From Polyangiaceae bacterium (lineage in GTDB: Bacteria > Myxococcota_A > Polyangia > Polyangiales > Polyangiaceae): a DNA stretch of 64,000 nt. Positions 21,174 through 31,073 of the stretch are shown here, piece by piece. Under the pieces are notes generated by a model. It was not told where the DNA came from. It saw only the letters and a list, made by a program, of their open reading frames with translations, and did no database searches. Positions within the stretch are counted from its first letter, which is position 1, and each line of letters begins with the position of its first letter. The DNA lies in contig CBDCTZ010000016.1 of the NCBI GenBank assembly GCA_965222375.1, forward strand, positions 1,696,001 to 1,760,000. The letters are read 5' to 3'. A program made the position numbers and the translations under genes.

Positions 21174-23870
21174 GTGGCCAAAGCGCGGGCTGCTGCCATT
21201 GTCGAACTGCCAGAAAAGCCTTGGGCCGAGCCGGCCTCGGAGGTGCTTGTCGCGTTGGATTCGACTCGCGACGGCCTGTCCGAGGCCGAGTGTCGCCGTC
21301 GGAGGAGCCGCTACGGCAAGAACCGGCTGCGGGAAGCCCGAGCACGCAGCGTGTGGCTGATATTGGTTGCTCAGTTTCGGGGAGTTCTCACGGCGCTGCT
21401 GGCGGCCGCCATGGTCGCTTCCTTCGTTTTCAATCGCCTCGTCGAAGGGGTGGCGGTTGGCGCCGTCATATTGATGAATGCCGGTATCGGATTCGCGATG
21501 GAGTTGCGCGCGACTCGTTCGATGGAGGCGCTCCGCAAGCTGGGTCAGGTCAACGCGACGGTTCGCCGGGAAGGGGAACTACACCAGATCCCGGCGCCCG
21601 AACTCGTCCCTGGTGACATCGTCGTCTTCGAAGCCGGCGACGTGGTGACCGCCGACCTGCGCGTCGTCGAGTCCAGCAAGTTGGAAGCAGATGAATCGAT
21701 GTTGACGGGCGAGTCGCTGCCGGTCGCTAAGTCGAACTCAGCTTCCGACCAACAGGCTCCACTCGCGGAACGACCTTCGATGCTGTTCAAAGGCACTTCC
21801 CTGACTCGCGGTGCCGGTGAGGCCGTCGTCGTGGCCACGGGCATGAACACGGAACTCGGTCGCATCTCGCAACTAGTGGAAGAGGCGGAGGATGAAACGA
21901 CGCCCTTGGAGCAGCGGCTCAACAGTCTTGGCAAGCGCTTGCTGTGGCTCACGTTGCTGATCGCGCTGCTGGTGGCGGGGTTCGGTATCGCTGCGGGTCA
22001 CGACGTCGTGTTGATTGTCGAGACCAGCATCGCGCTGGCCGTGGCCACCGTTCCCGAAGGGCTGCCGATCGTGGCTACCTTGGCGTTGGCTCGTGGCATG
22101 TGGCGCATGGCGCGCTCCAACGCTGTGGCCAAGCGGCTCTCGGCGGTGGAAACCCTGGGAGCCACCAGCGTCATTCTGACCGACAAGACGGGAACCCTCA
22201 CCGAGAACCGCCTGGCGGTGGCAGAGCTCGTTGTTGGACTGCGCTGGGTGTCCGTGGGTGGTGCCGGCTTGGAGCGAACGGGTGACTTCACCCACGACGG
22301 CAGGCCGCCAGACCCCGAGACCCTGGCCGTCCTGCGGCGAGCGCTGACGCTTGGTGTGCTTTGCAACAACGCGGATCTGCCGAGTGACCCCGCGGAGCCA
22401 CCGGTGGGCGAACCCCTTGAGGTCGCGCTGCTGATCGCCGGGGCGAAAGCTGGCCTGAGTGCCGAGAGCCTACTCACGGCCCAGCCCGAGCGGCGGGAGG
22501 AAACCTTCGACCCGGATACCAAGATGATGGCGACGTTTCATGACGCCGCCGCCGGCTTCTTGGTTGCGGTCAAAGGCGCCCCAGAGGCGGTTCTGAGCGC
22601 CTGCAGCGCTCACTGCACGGTGGCCGGAAACGAGCCCCTCGACTCATCCGCCAAGCAAGCGTGGCTATCCCACAACGAACAGCTGGCTCGACGTGGCTAC
22701 CGAATCATTGCCGTTGCAGAAAAGCTGGCTCAGCATATGGATGCGGATCCTTATGACGAGTTGACGTTGATCGGATTGGTGGCCATGGCCGATCCGCCGC
22801 GTTCGGAGGTGCGCCAAGTCATCCATGATTGTGGGCGCGCCGGCATTCGCCTCGTGATGTTGACCGGTGACCAAGCCCCGACGGCCGTCCGCGTCGCGCG
22901 CAGCGTGGGGTTGGTTCCGCAGGGGCAGGAGCCTGTGGTTCTCAGCGGCGTCACAGAGGGAACGTCCCCCGAAGCCCTGCTTGACACGACTGTGTTCGCG
23001 CGCTCGACCCCGAAGCAGAAGCTCGATGTCATCACCTTGCATCAGGGCGCGGGTGCCATCGTCGCCATGCTGGGTGATGGCGTGAACGACGCACCGGCGC
23101 TGCGAAAGTCGGACATCGGCGTAGCGATGGGTGGGCGAGGTACTCAGGTGGCACGTGAGGCTGCAGATCTCGTGCTCCAGGACGACGCTCTGAAAACGAT
23201 CGTGCTGGCGGTGCGCGAGGGTCGCGTGATCTTCGACAACATTCGGAAGTTCGCGGTCTATTTGCTGTCCTGCAACGTCAGCGAGCTACTGGCCGTCGGC
23301 ATTGCCGCTCTTGTAGGGCTTCCGCTACCCCTGCTGCCACTGCAGATCTTGTTCTTGAACCTGGTCACGGACGTCTTTCCGGCGCTCGCGTTAGGCGCCT
23401 GCGAAGGAGAAAAGGCGGTCATGCAGCGATCCCCGCGGCCCGCCAAAGAGGACCTGTTGGAGCGCAGCCACTGGCTGTCCATCGGGGGCCATGGGCTCGC
23501 CATCACCGCTGCCGTCCTTGCGTCGCTGCTCTACGGGCTCGAGCTGAAGGGGTGGGACGAAAGCACGGCCGTCACGGTTTCCTTCGCGACCTTGGGGCTT
23601 GCTCAGCTATGGCACGTCTTCAACATGCGCCAGCCTAGGGCGAAGGTGGTCAGAAACGAAGTGACTCGCAACGCCTGGGTTTGGGGATCGATTGCATTGT
23701 GCGTGCTGTTGATTCTCGCAGCCGTCTACCTTCCGCCCTTGGCCCGCGTGCTGGAGACGTCAGCGCTGGGTGCCGACGCCTGGCTCGTCGTCTTGCTGTT
23801 CAGTTTGGCGCCGTTGGTCCTGGGCCAAGTCTGGCTGGAGCTGCGGAAGCGACTCTCGTCCGGGCAATGA
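21174..23870 (+). CDS. Cation-transporting P-type ATPase (type II, Ca2+-like)
   Basis: LTGES, VPEGLP, DKTGTLT, KGAPE, DPPR, TGD, GDGVNDAPAL, QILFLNLVTD. Confidence 0.95.
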   Translation: MAKARAAAIVELPEKPWAEPASEVLVALDSTRDGLSEAECRRRRSRYGKNRLREARARSVWLILVAQFRGVLTALLAAAMVASFVFNRLVEGVAVGAVILMNAGIGFAMELRATRSMEALRKLGQVNATVRREGELHQIPAPELVPGDIVVFEAGDVVTADLRVVESSKLEADESMLTGESLPVAKSNSASDQQAPLAERPSMLFKGTSLTRGAGEAVVVATGMNTELGRISQLVEEAEDETTPLEQRLNSLGKRLLWLTLLIALLVAGFGIAAGHDVVLIVETSIALAVATVPEGLPIVATLALARGMWRMARSNAVAKRLSAVETLGATSVILTDKTGTLTENRLAVAELVVGLRWVSVGGAGLERTGDFTHDGRPPDPETLAVLRRALTLGVLCNNADLPSDPAEPPVGEPLEVALLIAGAKAGLSAESLLTAQPERREETFDPDTKMMATFHDAAAGFLVAVKGAPEAVLSACSAHCTVAGNEPLDSSAKQAWLSHNEQLARRGYRIIAVAEKLAQHMDADPYDELTLIGLVAMADPPRSEVRQVIHDCGRAGIRLVMLTGDQAPTAVRVARSVGLVPQGQEPVVLSGVTEGTSPEALLDTTVFARSTPKQKLDVITLHQGAGAIVAMLGDGVNDAPALRKSDIGVAMGGRGTQVAREAADLVLQDDALKTIVLAVREGRVIFDNIRKFAVYLLSCNVSELLAVGIAALVGLPLPLLPLQILFLNLVTDVFPALALGACEGEKAVMQRSPRPAKEDLLERSHWLSIGGHGLAITAAVLASLLYGLELKGWDESTAVTVSFATLGLAQLWHVFNMRQPRAKVVRNEVTRNAWVWGSIALCVLLILAAVYLPPLARVLETSALGADAWLVVLLFSLAPLVLGQVWLELRKRLSSGQ

Positions 23871-24041
23871 GTTGCGCAGGCGATGGTTCGCGCACCGAGC
23901 GACCAACTCGCACCCCGTGAGTCCGCCCTCGACACTTCTTGCGCGCACACCTGCGCACTCGCTCGCACCCGTCATCATGCGCCGGCTTGTCGCAGTCGAA
24001 CTGGCATGCGAACCTGAGACACGCTTAGGGAGATTTCGACA

Positions 24042-25259
24042 ATGGCAAACCGAGTCGTGTTTGGGTGTTTGGCTGCGGCGCTGACCTTGGGCACTCAGTT
24101 GGGCTGTGGCTCCGACAGTGACGGAGCCAGCGCGACCGGGGGCACGTCGGGCGGAGGCGGCTCTGGCGCAGGCAGCTCGGGCACTGGCGCGGGGACCGGC
24201 ACCGGCGCAAGCCCGGGCACCGGCGGCGGCGCGGGCAGCATTCACAATCCCCTCGCGAATCCCGAGTCTGGGCCGCCCGCAGGCAACCCGAATGGCAACT
24301 GCAGCCTGCCCATTCCGGGCGACGCGCTGCCCGAAGACGTCTCCAATCCGACGACGGTGGTTGGTGATGGGACGCCAGCGAGCTGCACGTCCGAAGCGGT
24401 GGTTGCCGCCGTCGCCAAGGGTGGGGTCATCACCTTCGACTGCGGTGCCGACCCCGTCGTGATCAAGATGAAAGAAACCGCCAAGATCGTGAACGACACC
24501 GGGCCGAAAATCGTCATCGATGGCGGCGGCAAGGTCGTGCTCAGCGGGGACGGCCAAAACCGCATCTTGTACATGAACACCTGTGACGAAAAGCAGAAGT
24601 GGACGACGTCCCACTGCCAAAACCAGGATCATCCGCAGCTCAGCATTCAGAACATCACCTTTTCAGACGGCAACGCGAAGAACGTCGAGCATGGCGGCGG
24701 CGCGATCTTTTCGCGCGGAGGCCGGATCAAGATCATCAACAGCCGCTTCTTCAACAACGTGTGCGAGGACGTAGGTCCGGACATCGGTGGAGCCGCAGTT
24801 CGGGTGCTCAGTCAATTCGAAGACAAGCCCGTATACGTCGTGAACACGACCTTCGGCGGCGAGGCCGGCGGTTTTGGCAACAAGTGCTCCAATGGCGGCG
24901 GCATCAGCAGCATCGGTGTCTCCTGGACCGTGATCAACAGCCTGTTTTCCCACAACGAAGCGGTTGGCAACGGTGCCAATCCGGCAAAACCCGGTACCCC
25001 AGGTGGCGGCAGCGGCGGCGGGATCTACAACGACGGCAACACCATGACCCTCTCGATCTGCGGCGTTCTGATCGAGAACAACAAGGTCAACGCCCATGGC
25101 AGCGCCATCTTCTTCGTGACCAACGATCACTCGGGCAACATCGTGATCAACGACTCGGTGATCAAGAACAACACCGGTGGCTCCTGGTATGCACAGCCCG
25201 GGATCTCGATGCACGACGACACCAAGATCGAGATCAACAATTCGACCTTGGAAAACTAG
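24042..25259 (+). CDS. Pectin-lyase-fold / polymorphic-membrane-repeat lipoprotein
   Basis: LGC lipobox, Gly linker, GGGAIF, F.NN, GGGIYNDGN repeats. Confidence 0.8.
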   Translation: MANRVVFGCLAAALTLGTQLGCGSDSDGASATGGTSGGGGSGAGSSGTGAGTGTGASPGTGGGAGSIHNPLANPESGPPAGNPNGNCSLPIPGDALPEDVSNPTTVVGDGTPASCTSEAVVAAVAKGGVITFDCGADPVVIKMKETAKIVNDTGPKIVIDGGGKVVLSGDGQNRILYMNTCDEKQKWTTSHCQNQDHPQLSIQNITFSDGNAKNVEHGGGAIFSRGGRIKIINSRFFNNVCEDVGPDIGGAAVRVLSQFEDKPVYVVNTTFGGEAGGFGNKCSNGGGISSIGVSWTVINSLFSHNEAVGNGANPAKPGTPGGGSGGGIYNDGNTMTLSICGVLIENNKVNAHGSAIFFVTNDHSGNIVINDSVIKNNTGGSWYAQPGISMHDDTKIEINNSTLEN

Positions 25260-25269
25260 GCCACGGCCC

Positions 25270-25584
25270 CTACGGAACGCACCGGCGCAGGAATATTTCC
25301 GTGCTGCCAGTGGTGGAATTGGTGAGATTGCCCCCAACGGGCTCCCAGTCGCCGGTATTGGCCGGAGTGTTGAGCGCAGGAACCTTGATCACTTTGAATT
25401 CCCATTGAGAGCAATCGGCGGGAGCGGCTTCGGCCTCCGGGACCGGACCGTCGCTCGGCCTGCTGTCGTCTATCAGCCCCGCGTCGGCGAGTAGACCGGA
25501 ACCGGTTCCAGCACTGCATGCGGCGACGACGCCGTAGATCGCAAACGCTCCGACCAATGACCCGAGTACCATGTTGATTCGCAT
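25270..25584 (-). CDS. Small hypothetical lipoprotein
   Basis: Hydrophobic signal ending VAAC; 104 aa. Confidence 0.6.
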   Translation of the reverse strand: MRINMVLGSLVGAFAIYGVVAACSAGTGSGLLADAGLIDDSRPSDGPVPEAEAAPADCSQWEFKVIKVPALNTPANTGDWEPVGGNLTNSTTGSTEIFLRRCVP

Positions 25585-25657
25585 CCACGCACCCTAGTCG
25601 CGCCCGCGAAATCTGGCATCAGTTTTCGAAGAGTGCGTACTGGCGACTCCGCAGTCA

Positions 25658-26590
25658 CTACGGCATCACCCCGGCGCGCTTGAGCCTGGCGAATAGCGAT
25701 CGTTTTCCCGGGTGGCGACGGCGCAGCTCCTTCAAGCGCTCGTGAAACTCGGGAAGCTTGTCGATGATCGAATACTCGGCATGTAGCTCTTCAATGCGGT
25801 CTGGCAGAAAGTGGTAGTCGAAGCTCTTCGGTTTCGAGATCAAGTCTTCGATCCGCTTCCAGTTGTTGCTGAGCCCACGCGTCACGTCCCGCCGCAAAGC
25901 GCGACCGGAATCGGCCTCGCTCACTCGGCAGCTCAACAATGCGTCGAGGGATGGCGCAATGACGACCGTGTCATCGTCCATGGCCACTGGGTCGACGACT
26001 AGAATCCGCGCCTTTCGGTCGAGGGCGAATAGCTGCCCGCCCACGTTGTTGCCGATGAAGTAGAGCGAGCCGCGGCTGTAGAGTAGTGGCTCGAGGCGCT
26101 CGTTTTCCGCTGTGGCCTCTTCCTGTGGCCATAGGTAGAAGGACCCGGGCCAGTTGGGGGGCTCCTTCCGGTGCAACTTCGCCCAGTCCATGTGGATTTC
26201 ACCGCCGTCATGACCCTTCAGGGCTTTCTTGTAGGCAGCAGGCAACGCGAAGTTCACACCCTTGGCTGCTGGCTTCCCTCGACCCCCACGAACTGAAGCC
26301 TTGGCCTTCGCTTTCGCCGTCGGCCTGGCCTTGGCGGCGCTGCGGGACTTCTTCGTCGCCTTTGCGCCGACCTTGGCCTTCGCTTTCGCTTTCGCTTTCG
26401 CTGGTGCTCCACCCTTGGCCTTTGATTTCGCCCTGGGTTTCGCCTTCGCCTTTGCACCGACTCTGGCCTTTGATTTCGCTTTCGGTTTCGCCCTCGATTT
26501 TGCCGGTGCTTTGGCTTTGGGCTTCGGCTTCTTCCGAACCTTCGCTTTGGCCTTCTTTGCGACCGCTGCCTTCCGCTTCGCTTGCGCCAT
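25658..26590 (-). CDS. Lys/Ala-rich histone-like N-terminus fused to SMI1/KNR4 (SUKH)-like domain
   Basis: About 110 aa K/A/P-rich; LPAAYKKALKGHDGGE...YFIGNNVGGQLFALD...IAPSLDALL fits the SUKH pattern. Confidence 0.7.
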   Translation of the reverse strand: MAQAKRKAAVAKKAKAKVRKKPKPKAKAPAKSRAKPKAKSKARVGAKAKAKPRAKSKAKGGAPAKAKAKAKAKVGAKATKKSRSAAKARPTAKAKAKASVRGGRGKPAAKGVNFALPAAYKKALKGHDGGEIHMDWAKLHRKEPPNWPGSFYLWPQEEATAENERLEPLLYSRGSLYFIGNNVGGQLFALDRKARILVVDPVAMDDDTVVIAPSLDALLSCRVSEADSGRALRRDVTRGLSNNWKRIEDLISKPKSFDYHFLPDRIEELHAEYSIIDKLPEFHERLKELRRRHPGKRSLFARLKRAGVMP

Positions 26591-26629
26591 GGGTGCAATA
26601 TAGCCGACGCGGACGGGGAGGTTCAGCCG

Positions 26630-27463
26630 CTACTCCGACCAAAAGTCCCGCGCCAAGCCTCGCCGCGTCTTCCACAGTGCGCTCTTTTCCGCGAAGCCGC
26701 TGACCCCGGTGCCGGGATCCGCATCGTCGATCTGCCAGCCGCCGTTGACCGCTCCAATGAGCGCCCCCGACAAGGCCTCGAAACCTTGCGCGGTGTACTG
26801 GTCACATTCCACGCCACGATGGATGATGTACTTGAGCTGACGCAGCGCCTGCTGGTTCTTGCTGCGCAGGACATCGAGCAGCGCTGACACCTCTGCGTCG
26901 AGCTGGTCGTGGGTTACCACTCGGTTCCACAAAGTCAGCTCGACTGCACGGCGCGCTGTATGCAGCGCGCCCAGCAGGTTGATCTGTTTGGTCATGCGAC
27001 GGCCGATGAGGCGCGCCATTCGCGTGGTTCCGCCCCAGCCCGGCGTGATGCCAACGTCCACTTCCGGCATACCCCACTTCGCACGCTCGGTCGCGACGAC
27101 AAAGTCGCAGGCCATCGTGATCTCGAGCCCGCCCCCAACGGCATAACCGTCCACCGCGGCGATGGTGATCTTGTCCAGCTCTTCGAGTTGATTCGCCATA
27201 TTCTGATACAGACGGACACGACGCATGATGGCGTTGGCATTCCCCCAGCTGGGCATCTCTGTGATGTCGTCGCCGGCACAGAACGTGTTGCCCGCGCCCG
27301 AAATGACCAGGAACTTGAGACTGGTCGACTGGCGGATCTGCTCGATCGCCGTGATCAGCTCCTCCGAGAGCTGCATGCTCAAGGCGTTGTTCACGTCGGG
27401 TCGGTTGAGCGTGATGTGAGCGGTGTCGCCCGCTTCCTCGTAAATGAGCTGGCTGACGCTCAT
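26630..27463 (-). CDS. Enoyl-CoA hydratase/isomerase family protein
   Basis: ITLNRPDVNNAL, FCAGDDI, AAVDGYAVGGGLE, PEVDVGITPGWGGT. Confidence 0.92.
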   Translation of the reverse strand: MSVSQLIYEEAGDTAHITLNRPDVNNALSMQLSEELITAIEQIRQSTSLKFLVISGAGNTFCAGDDITEMPSWGNANAIMRRVRLYQNMANQLEELDKITIAAVDGYAVGGGLEITMACDFVVATERAKWGMPEVDVGITPGWGGTTRMARLIGRRMTKQINLLGALHTARRAVELTLWNRVVTHDQLDAEVSALLDVLRSKNQQALRQLKYIIHRGVECDQYTAQGFEALSGALIGAVNGGWQIDDADPGTGVSGFAEKSALWKTRRGLARDFWSE

Positions 27464-27481
27464 GCTGCCCTCCTTGGGGTA

Positions 27482-27530
27482 GGTTTTGAATCAAAACTCA
27501 CTCTAGGGGAGATAGTTTCGATTTGCAACT
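27482..27530. promoter_or_regulatory. Two palindromic operator-like sites between divergent hydratase and HxlR genes
   Basis: GTTTTGA-A-TCAAAAC (27483-27497) and AGTTTCGATTTGCAACT (27514-27530), both RGTT-N9-AACT. Confidence 0.55.
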
Positions 27531-27550
27531 CAATCTGCTAAGCTGGGCAC

Positions 27551-28018
27551 ATGCCTCCGGCCCTCGATCGCCCCTGTTCTGTCGCTCGTAGCGTCGATGT
27601 TCTCGGAGATCGCTGGACTTTCCTGATTCTGAGGGAGTGCTTCTTCGGCTCACGGCGCTTCGATGTCTTTCAGGAAAGCCTCGGCATCGCCAGGAACATC
27701 CTCGCCGACCGCCTGAAGAAACTGGTGCGCCACGGCGTGCTGAAGAGACAGCGCTACCAGGCGCGCCCGCCGCGCTACGAGTACCGCCTGACGGAACAAG
27801 GTCTCGATCTCTATGGCGTCATCGTGGAACTCATCCGCTGGGGCGATCGCTGGCTCGCGGCAAGCTCAGGCCCACCTCTGCTGATCACTCATGACTCCTG
27901 CGGCTGCTCCTTACTCCCGCAAGTGACTTGTAGCCACTGCGGCGAGGCCGTGACTGCCCGAGCAGTCAGCTATCGGCCCGGTCCTGGAGCCCGAAGAAAG
28001 AAGAAGAGAGCGCGCTGA
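27551..28018 (+). CDS. HxlR-family winged-helix regulator
   Basis: CSVARSVDVLGDRWTFLILRE, RYEYRLTEQGLDL, C-terminal HxxCG/CxxCG. Confidence 0.92.
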   Translation: MPPALDRPCSVARSVDVLGDRWTFLILRECFFGSRRFDVFQESLGIARNILADRLKKLVRHGVLKRQRYQARPPRYEYRLTEQGLDLYGVIVELIRWGDRWLAASSGPPLLITHDSCGCSLLPQVTCSHCGEAVTARAVSYRPGPGARRKKKRAR

Positions 28019-28057
28019 AGCCCGCTCGCGGATTGAGGTCGACTGTCCTTTGCCCCG

Positions 28058-29623
28058 TCACCAAGGAACGGATTTGTAGTCCTTGAGGAACTGGCCCCAC
28101 ACGTGGTGGCCCGTATTGATACCCTCGAATATCGGATCGACGATGCGTGCGGCACCGTCCACGATGTCCAGGGGCGGATGGAAACCATGCTGTCGCATCT
28201 TGCGTTCCGCGATGTGCGCGGGGTCTTCGTCGGTTACCCACCCCGTGTCCACGCTGTTCATGTGGATGCCGTCCTTGACGTAGTCGTCAGCTGAGGTGCG
28301 GGTCATCATGTTGAGCGCCGCTTTGGCCATGTTGGTGTGGGGGTGCTTGTTGGTCTTGAAGCGACGGTGAAACTGCCCCTCCACGGCCGACACGTTCACG
28401 ATGTGCTTGTCATCGCTGGGGTGGCGCAGCATCAACGGCTTCAACCGCGCGTTCAAAACGAAGGGCGCTATCGCGTTGACGAGCTGCACCTCGAGCAGCT
28501 CCACGGTGCTCACTTCGTGCAGAGCCAGTCGCCAGCTGTTGACGGTCCGCAGGTCAACCTGCTGAAGGTCGGCGTCCAGTTGGCTTTTCGGAAACAGCTG
28601 AAACCCAGCGTCGAGATCTTCTTCTGCCATGGGCAGCTGAGAAAGGTCCGATGCTTTGCGCAGCCCAACCAAGGCGCCCATGTTTTCGAGCTGGGCTGGA
28701 GAACTCAGGGCATTGGAGTCGACAGCGGGTGCGCCCAGCGCCGCGTGTTGGGCGAGCAGGCGCTGCGCCCGCTGTGGAAGAGTGTCCAGGGCTTCGCGTT
28801 CCGCGTCTATCAGATGGCCGTAGAAACCGGGTGGGCGGCGAACCGTTTGGCAAGCGTTGTGCAAAATGAAGTCGAGGCGTTCCTCGGTCCGGCCCAAGTG
28901 CCTAGCGAAGCCCTCCACGCTCGGCGTGTGGCGCAGATCGAGTCCGTAGATCTGCAGCCGCTCGCCCCAATCCTCGTAGTCTGCCTCCCGCGCGTAGCGG
29001 ATTGCCGCGTCGTGAGGGAAGCGCGTGGTCACGATCACCCGCGCCCCAGCGCGTAGCAGCATGATGGCCGCCTGGTAACCGATCTTCACTCGGGCGCCGC
29101 TGATCATCGCCACCCGGCCGTGCAAGTCACAGGTCTGGGTGCGCTTTTGGTGATTGAAGTCACCGCAGGCTTGGCACATCTGGTCGTAGAAGAAGTGCAC
29201 CCTGGAAAAGAGCTCTTTGCACACGTAGCAAACCCGCGGCTTCCTGAGCGCCGAGCCCGCGAGCCCGCTGTCTACATCGGGAGCCTCGCCTGCCGCCTCG
29301 GCTGCCAGCGCGCCAGCCTTGGGTGTGATGAACACGGGTTGCGCCCGCTTTTTGCGAATCGCTGCCCGCTCCAAGAGTGCCTCGTCGTCTTGGCGCAGCT
29401 TCTTTTTCGCCTTCTTGCGCAGCGCTCGCGCCAAGATGACCTGCTCGGTTCGCTCCGGCCGCGACACGCGCCCGGCCGCCATCAGCAGGCGATTGCGCTC
29501 CTCGGTGCTGAGCTTCGCCAAGTGCGCACGGCTGTCGACGAGCGCCTCCAGCACGCGTGTACACTCCGCCAATTGTCCCGACGTGATCTCGTCGGGGTCG
29601 GCCTTTTTAGAAGGTTCGCTCAC
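28058..29623 (-). CDS. SDR-family oxidoreductase with N-terminal extension and CxxC zinc ribbon
   Basis: CYVCK...CQACG, SGARVKIGYQ, HIVNVSAVEG, HPHTNMAKAALNM, SVDTGW. Confidence 0.85.
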   Translation of the reverse strand: MSEPSKKADPDEITSGQLAECTRVLEALVDSRAHLAKLSTEERNRLLMAAGRVSRPERTEQVILARALRKKAKKKLRQDDEALLERAAIRKKRAQPVFITPKAGALAAEAAGEAPDVDSGLAGSALRKPRVCYVCKELFSRVHFFYDQMCQACGDFNHQKRTQTCDLHGRVAMISGARVKIGYQAAIMLLRAGARVIVTTRFPHDAAIRYAREADYEDWGERLQIYGLDLRHTPSVEGFARHLGRTEERLDFILHNACQTVRRPPGFYGHLIDAEREALDTLPQRAQRLLAQHAALGAPAVDSNALSSPAQLENMGALVGLRKASDLSQLPMAEEDLDAGFQLFPKSQLDADLQQVDLRTVNSWRLALHEVSTVELLEVQLVNAIAPFVLNARLKPLMLRHPSDDKHIVNVSAVEGQFHRRFKTNKHPHTNMAKAALNMMTRTSADDYVKDGIHMNSVDTGWVTDEDPAHIAERKMRQHGFHPPLDIVDGAARIVDPIFEGINTGHHVWGQFLKDYKSVPW

Positions 29624-29956
29624 GCTCGCCCCGCCGTTTAGCGCCTATCGCTCGGCTCCGCCAGGGCTGCGTTAGATCGACGAGCAACCCGACCGCGTGG
29701 CAGGCGCCGTGCAAGCCACCCGACTCAGCGCGGGCCCGCGAAGACAACCGCCCATCGACCACCGCGTCGCCCAGTCCGAGACACGGCTCGATCCCTAGCG
29801 CACGCCCGTCCCCGCCGCCGCGAGTTTGAACGCCCGCCAGAGGATGACGGGCGATTCGTCTGTCTTCGTTTGGTTTGGGGTCGAGCACTGGGTCACGTTG
29901 GGCCCCTACTCCCGCACAAGGCCCACCCGTGCGGCTGCCCGACCCTTCTGTAGTTT

Positions 29957-30009
29957 TGCTACTGAAAGTGTAGCGCCAGGGACGCTTCCCTGCTACATAA
30001 AATGTAGCA
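29957..30009. promoter_or_regulatory. Paired palindromic operators upstream of AhpD-like gene
   Basis: TGCTACTGAAAGTGTAGC and perfect TGCTACAT-AAA-ATGTAGCA. Confidence 0.7.
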
Positions 30010-30028
30010 AACTAGAAAGGAGCCCGTC

Positions 30029-30592
30029 ATGCCGCGCATTTCGCCCCTCAGTCCCCCCTACACCGAAGCCGTCGAAGAGACTTTCAGCCGCTTGATGCCC
30101 GCTGGCATGGAGCCCCTTGGGTTGTTTCGAACCCTCGCGGTCAATCCGCGTGTATTGCGCCGCGTGCAACGCGGGGGGCTTTTGGACCCGGGGAGCATCA
30201 GCCTGAAGCACCGCGAGATCGCCATATTGCGCACGTGCTTCTTGTGCGGTGCTGAATACGAATGGGGCGTCCATGCGGCGCTCTTCGCCGCGGGCGCTGG
30301 GCTGGAGGCAGAGCATCTGTCCGCTACGACATCGCTGCAGCCAGATCCAATATGGGAAGCGGATGAGCGGCTGATCGTGAAGCTCTGCGACTCGCTCCAT
30401 GACAGCGGGCAGGTCGAGGATGCACTCTACGCTGAACTTGCTGGCGTATTCACCGACACGCAAATCATCGAGCTGGTGATGCTTGGAGGCCTGTACCACG
30501 CCATCAGCTTCGTGGTGAATGTCGCCCAGGTCGAACCCGAGGCCTGGGCCATGCCCTTCCCGGTTTCGGCGGCATCGTCGGCGTCGAGCTAG
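30029..30592 (+). CDS. Carboxymuconolactone decarboxylase/AhpD family protein
   Basis: LFRTLA, REIAILRTCFLCGAEYEWGVH; RBS GAAAGGAG. Confidence 0.85.
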   Translation: MPRISPLSPPYTEAVEETFSRLMPAGMEPLGLFRTLAVNPRVLRRVQRGGLLDPGSISLKHREIAILRTCFLCGAEYEWGVHAALFAAGAGLEAEHLSATTSLQPDPIWEADERLIVKLCDSLHDSGQVEDALYAELAGVFTDTQIIELVMLGGLYHAISFVVNVAQVEPEAWAMPFPVSAASSASS

Positions 30593-30625
30593 CTGCAGCC
30601 GTGTGCAATCCCAGCGGCTGCCAGG

Positions 30626-30937
30626 CTACGCCACGTGCTTGTCAGCCCACCGACTCAGTGAAAGCAAGAGCGTACCGAGTTCGGCACCAGCACGCGTCAG
30701 AGCGTAGCCTTCAGCCTCGCGATGCTCGACCACGGCCAAGGAGCGCAGTTCTTCCAGGCGCGCGTTGAGGGTCGTAGGTGAAACGTCGTCGCAGGCGGAA
30801 CGCAGCGCCCGAAACGTGAGCGGCCCTGCTCTGAGCTCCCAAACGACCCGCAGCGCCCAGCGCTGCCCGAGGGTTTCGAGCAGGACCATGACCGGGCGGT
30901 TGCTCGTGCCACGACCCGCGGGTTTGCGTTTAGCCAT
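30626..30937 (-). CDS. HxlR-family regulator
   Basis: LLETLGQRWALRVVWEL, SPTTLNARLEEL, GYALTRAG. Confidence 0.88.
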   Translation of the reverse strand: MAKRKPAGRGTSNRPVMVLLETLGQRWALRVVWELRAGPLTFRALRSACDDVSPTTLNARLEELRSLAVVEHREAEGYALTRAGAELGTLLLSLSRWADKHVA

Positions 30938-30964
30938 TCGGCGACATGCTCCACTTCACCAGAT

Positions 30965-30983
30965 TGCTACAAAAAACGTAACA
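30965..30983. promoter_or_regulatory. Third copy of the TGCTAC...GTAGCA operator, upstream of HxlR gene
   Basis: TGCTACAAAAAACGTAACA, same length and half-sites as 29991-30009. Confidence 0.6.
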
Positions 30984-31073
30984 TGATGACGGAGCGCATG
31001 GGGAACAGATCGAGGCCAAAGGCCTCCTCGTGGCCGCGCGTCAGCACCCGGCCGCGCGCGCTGCGCGTCAGCT

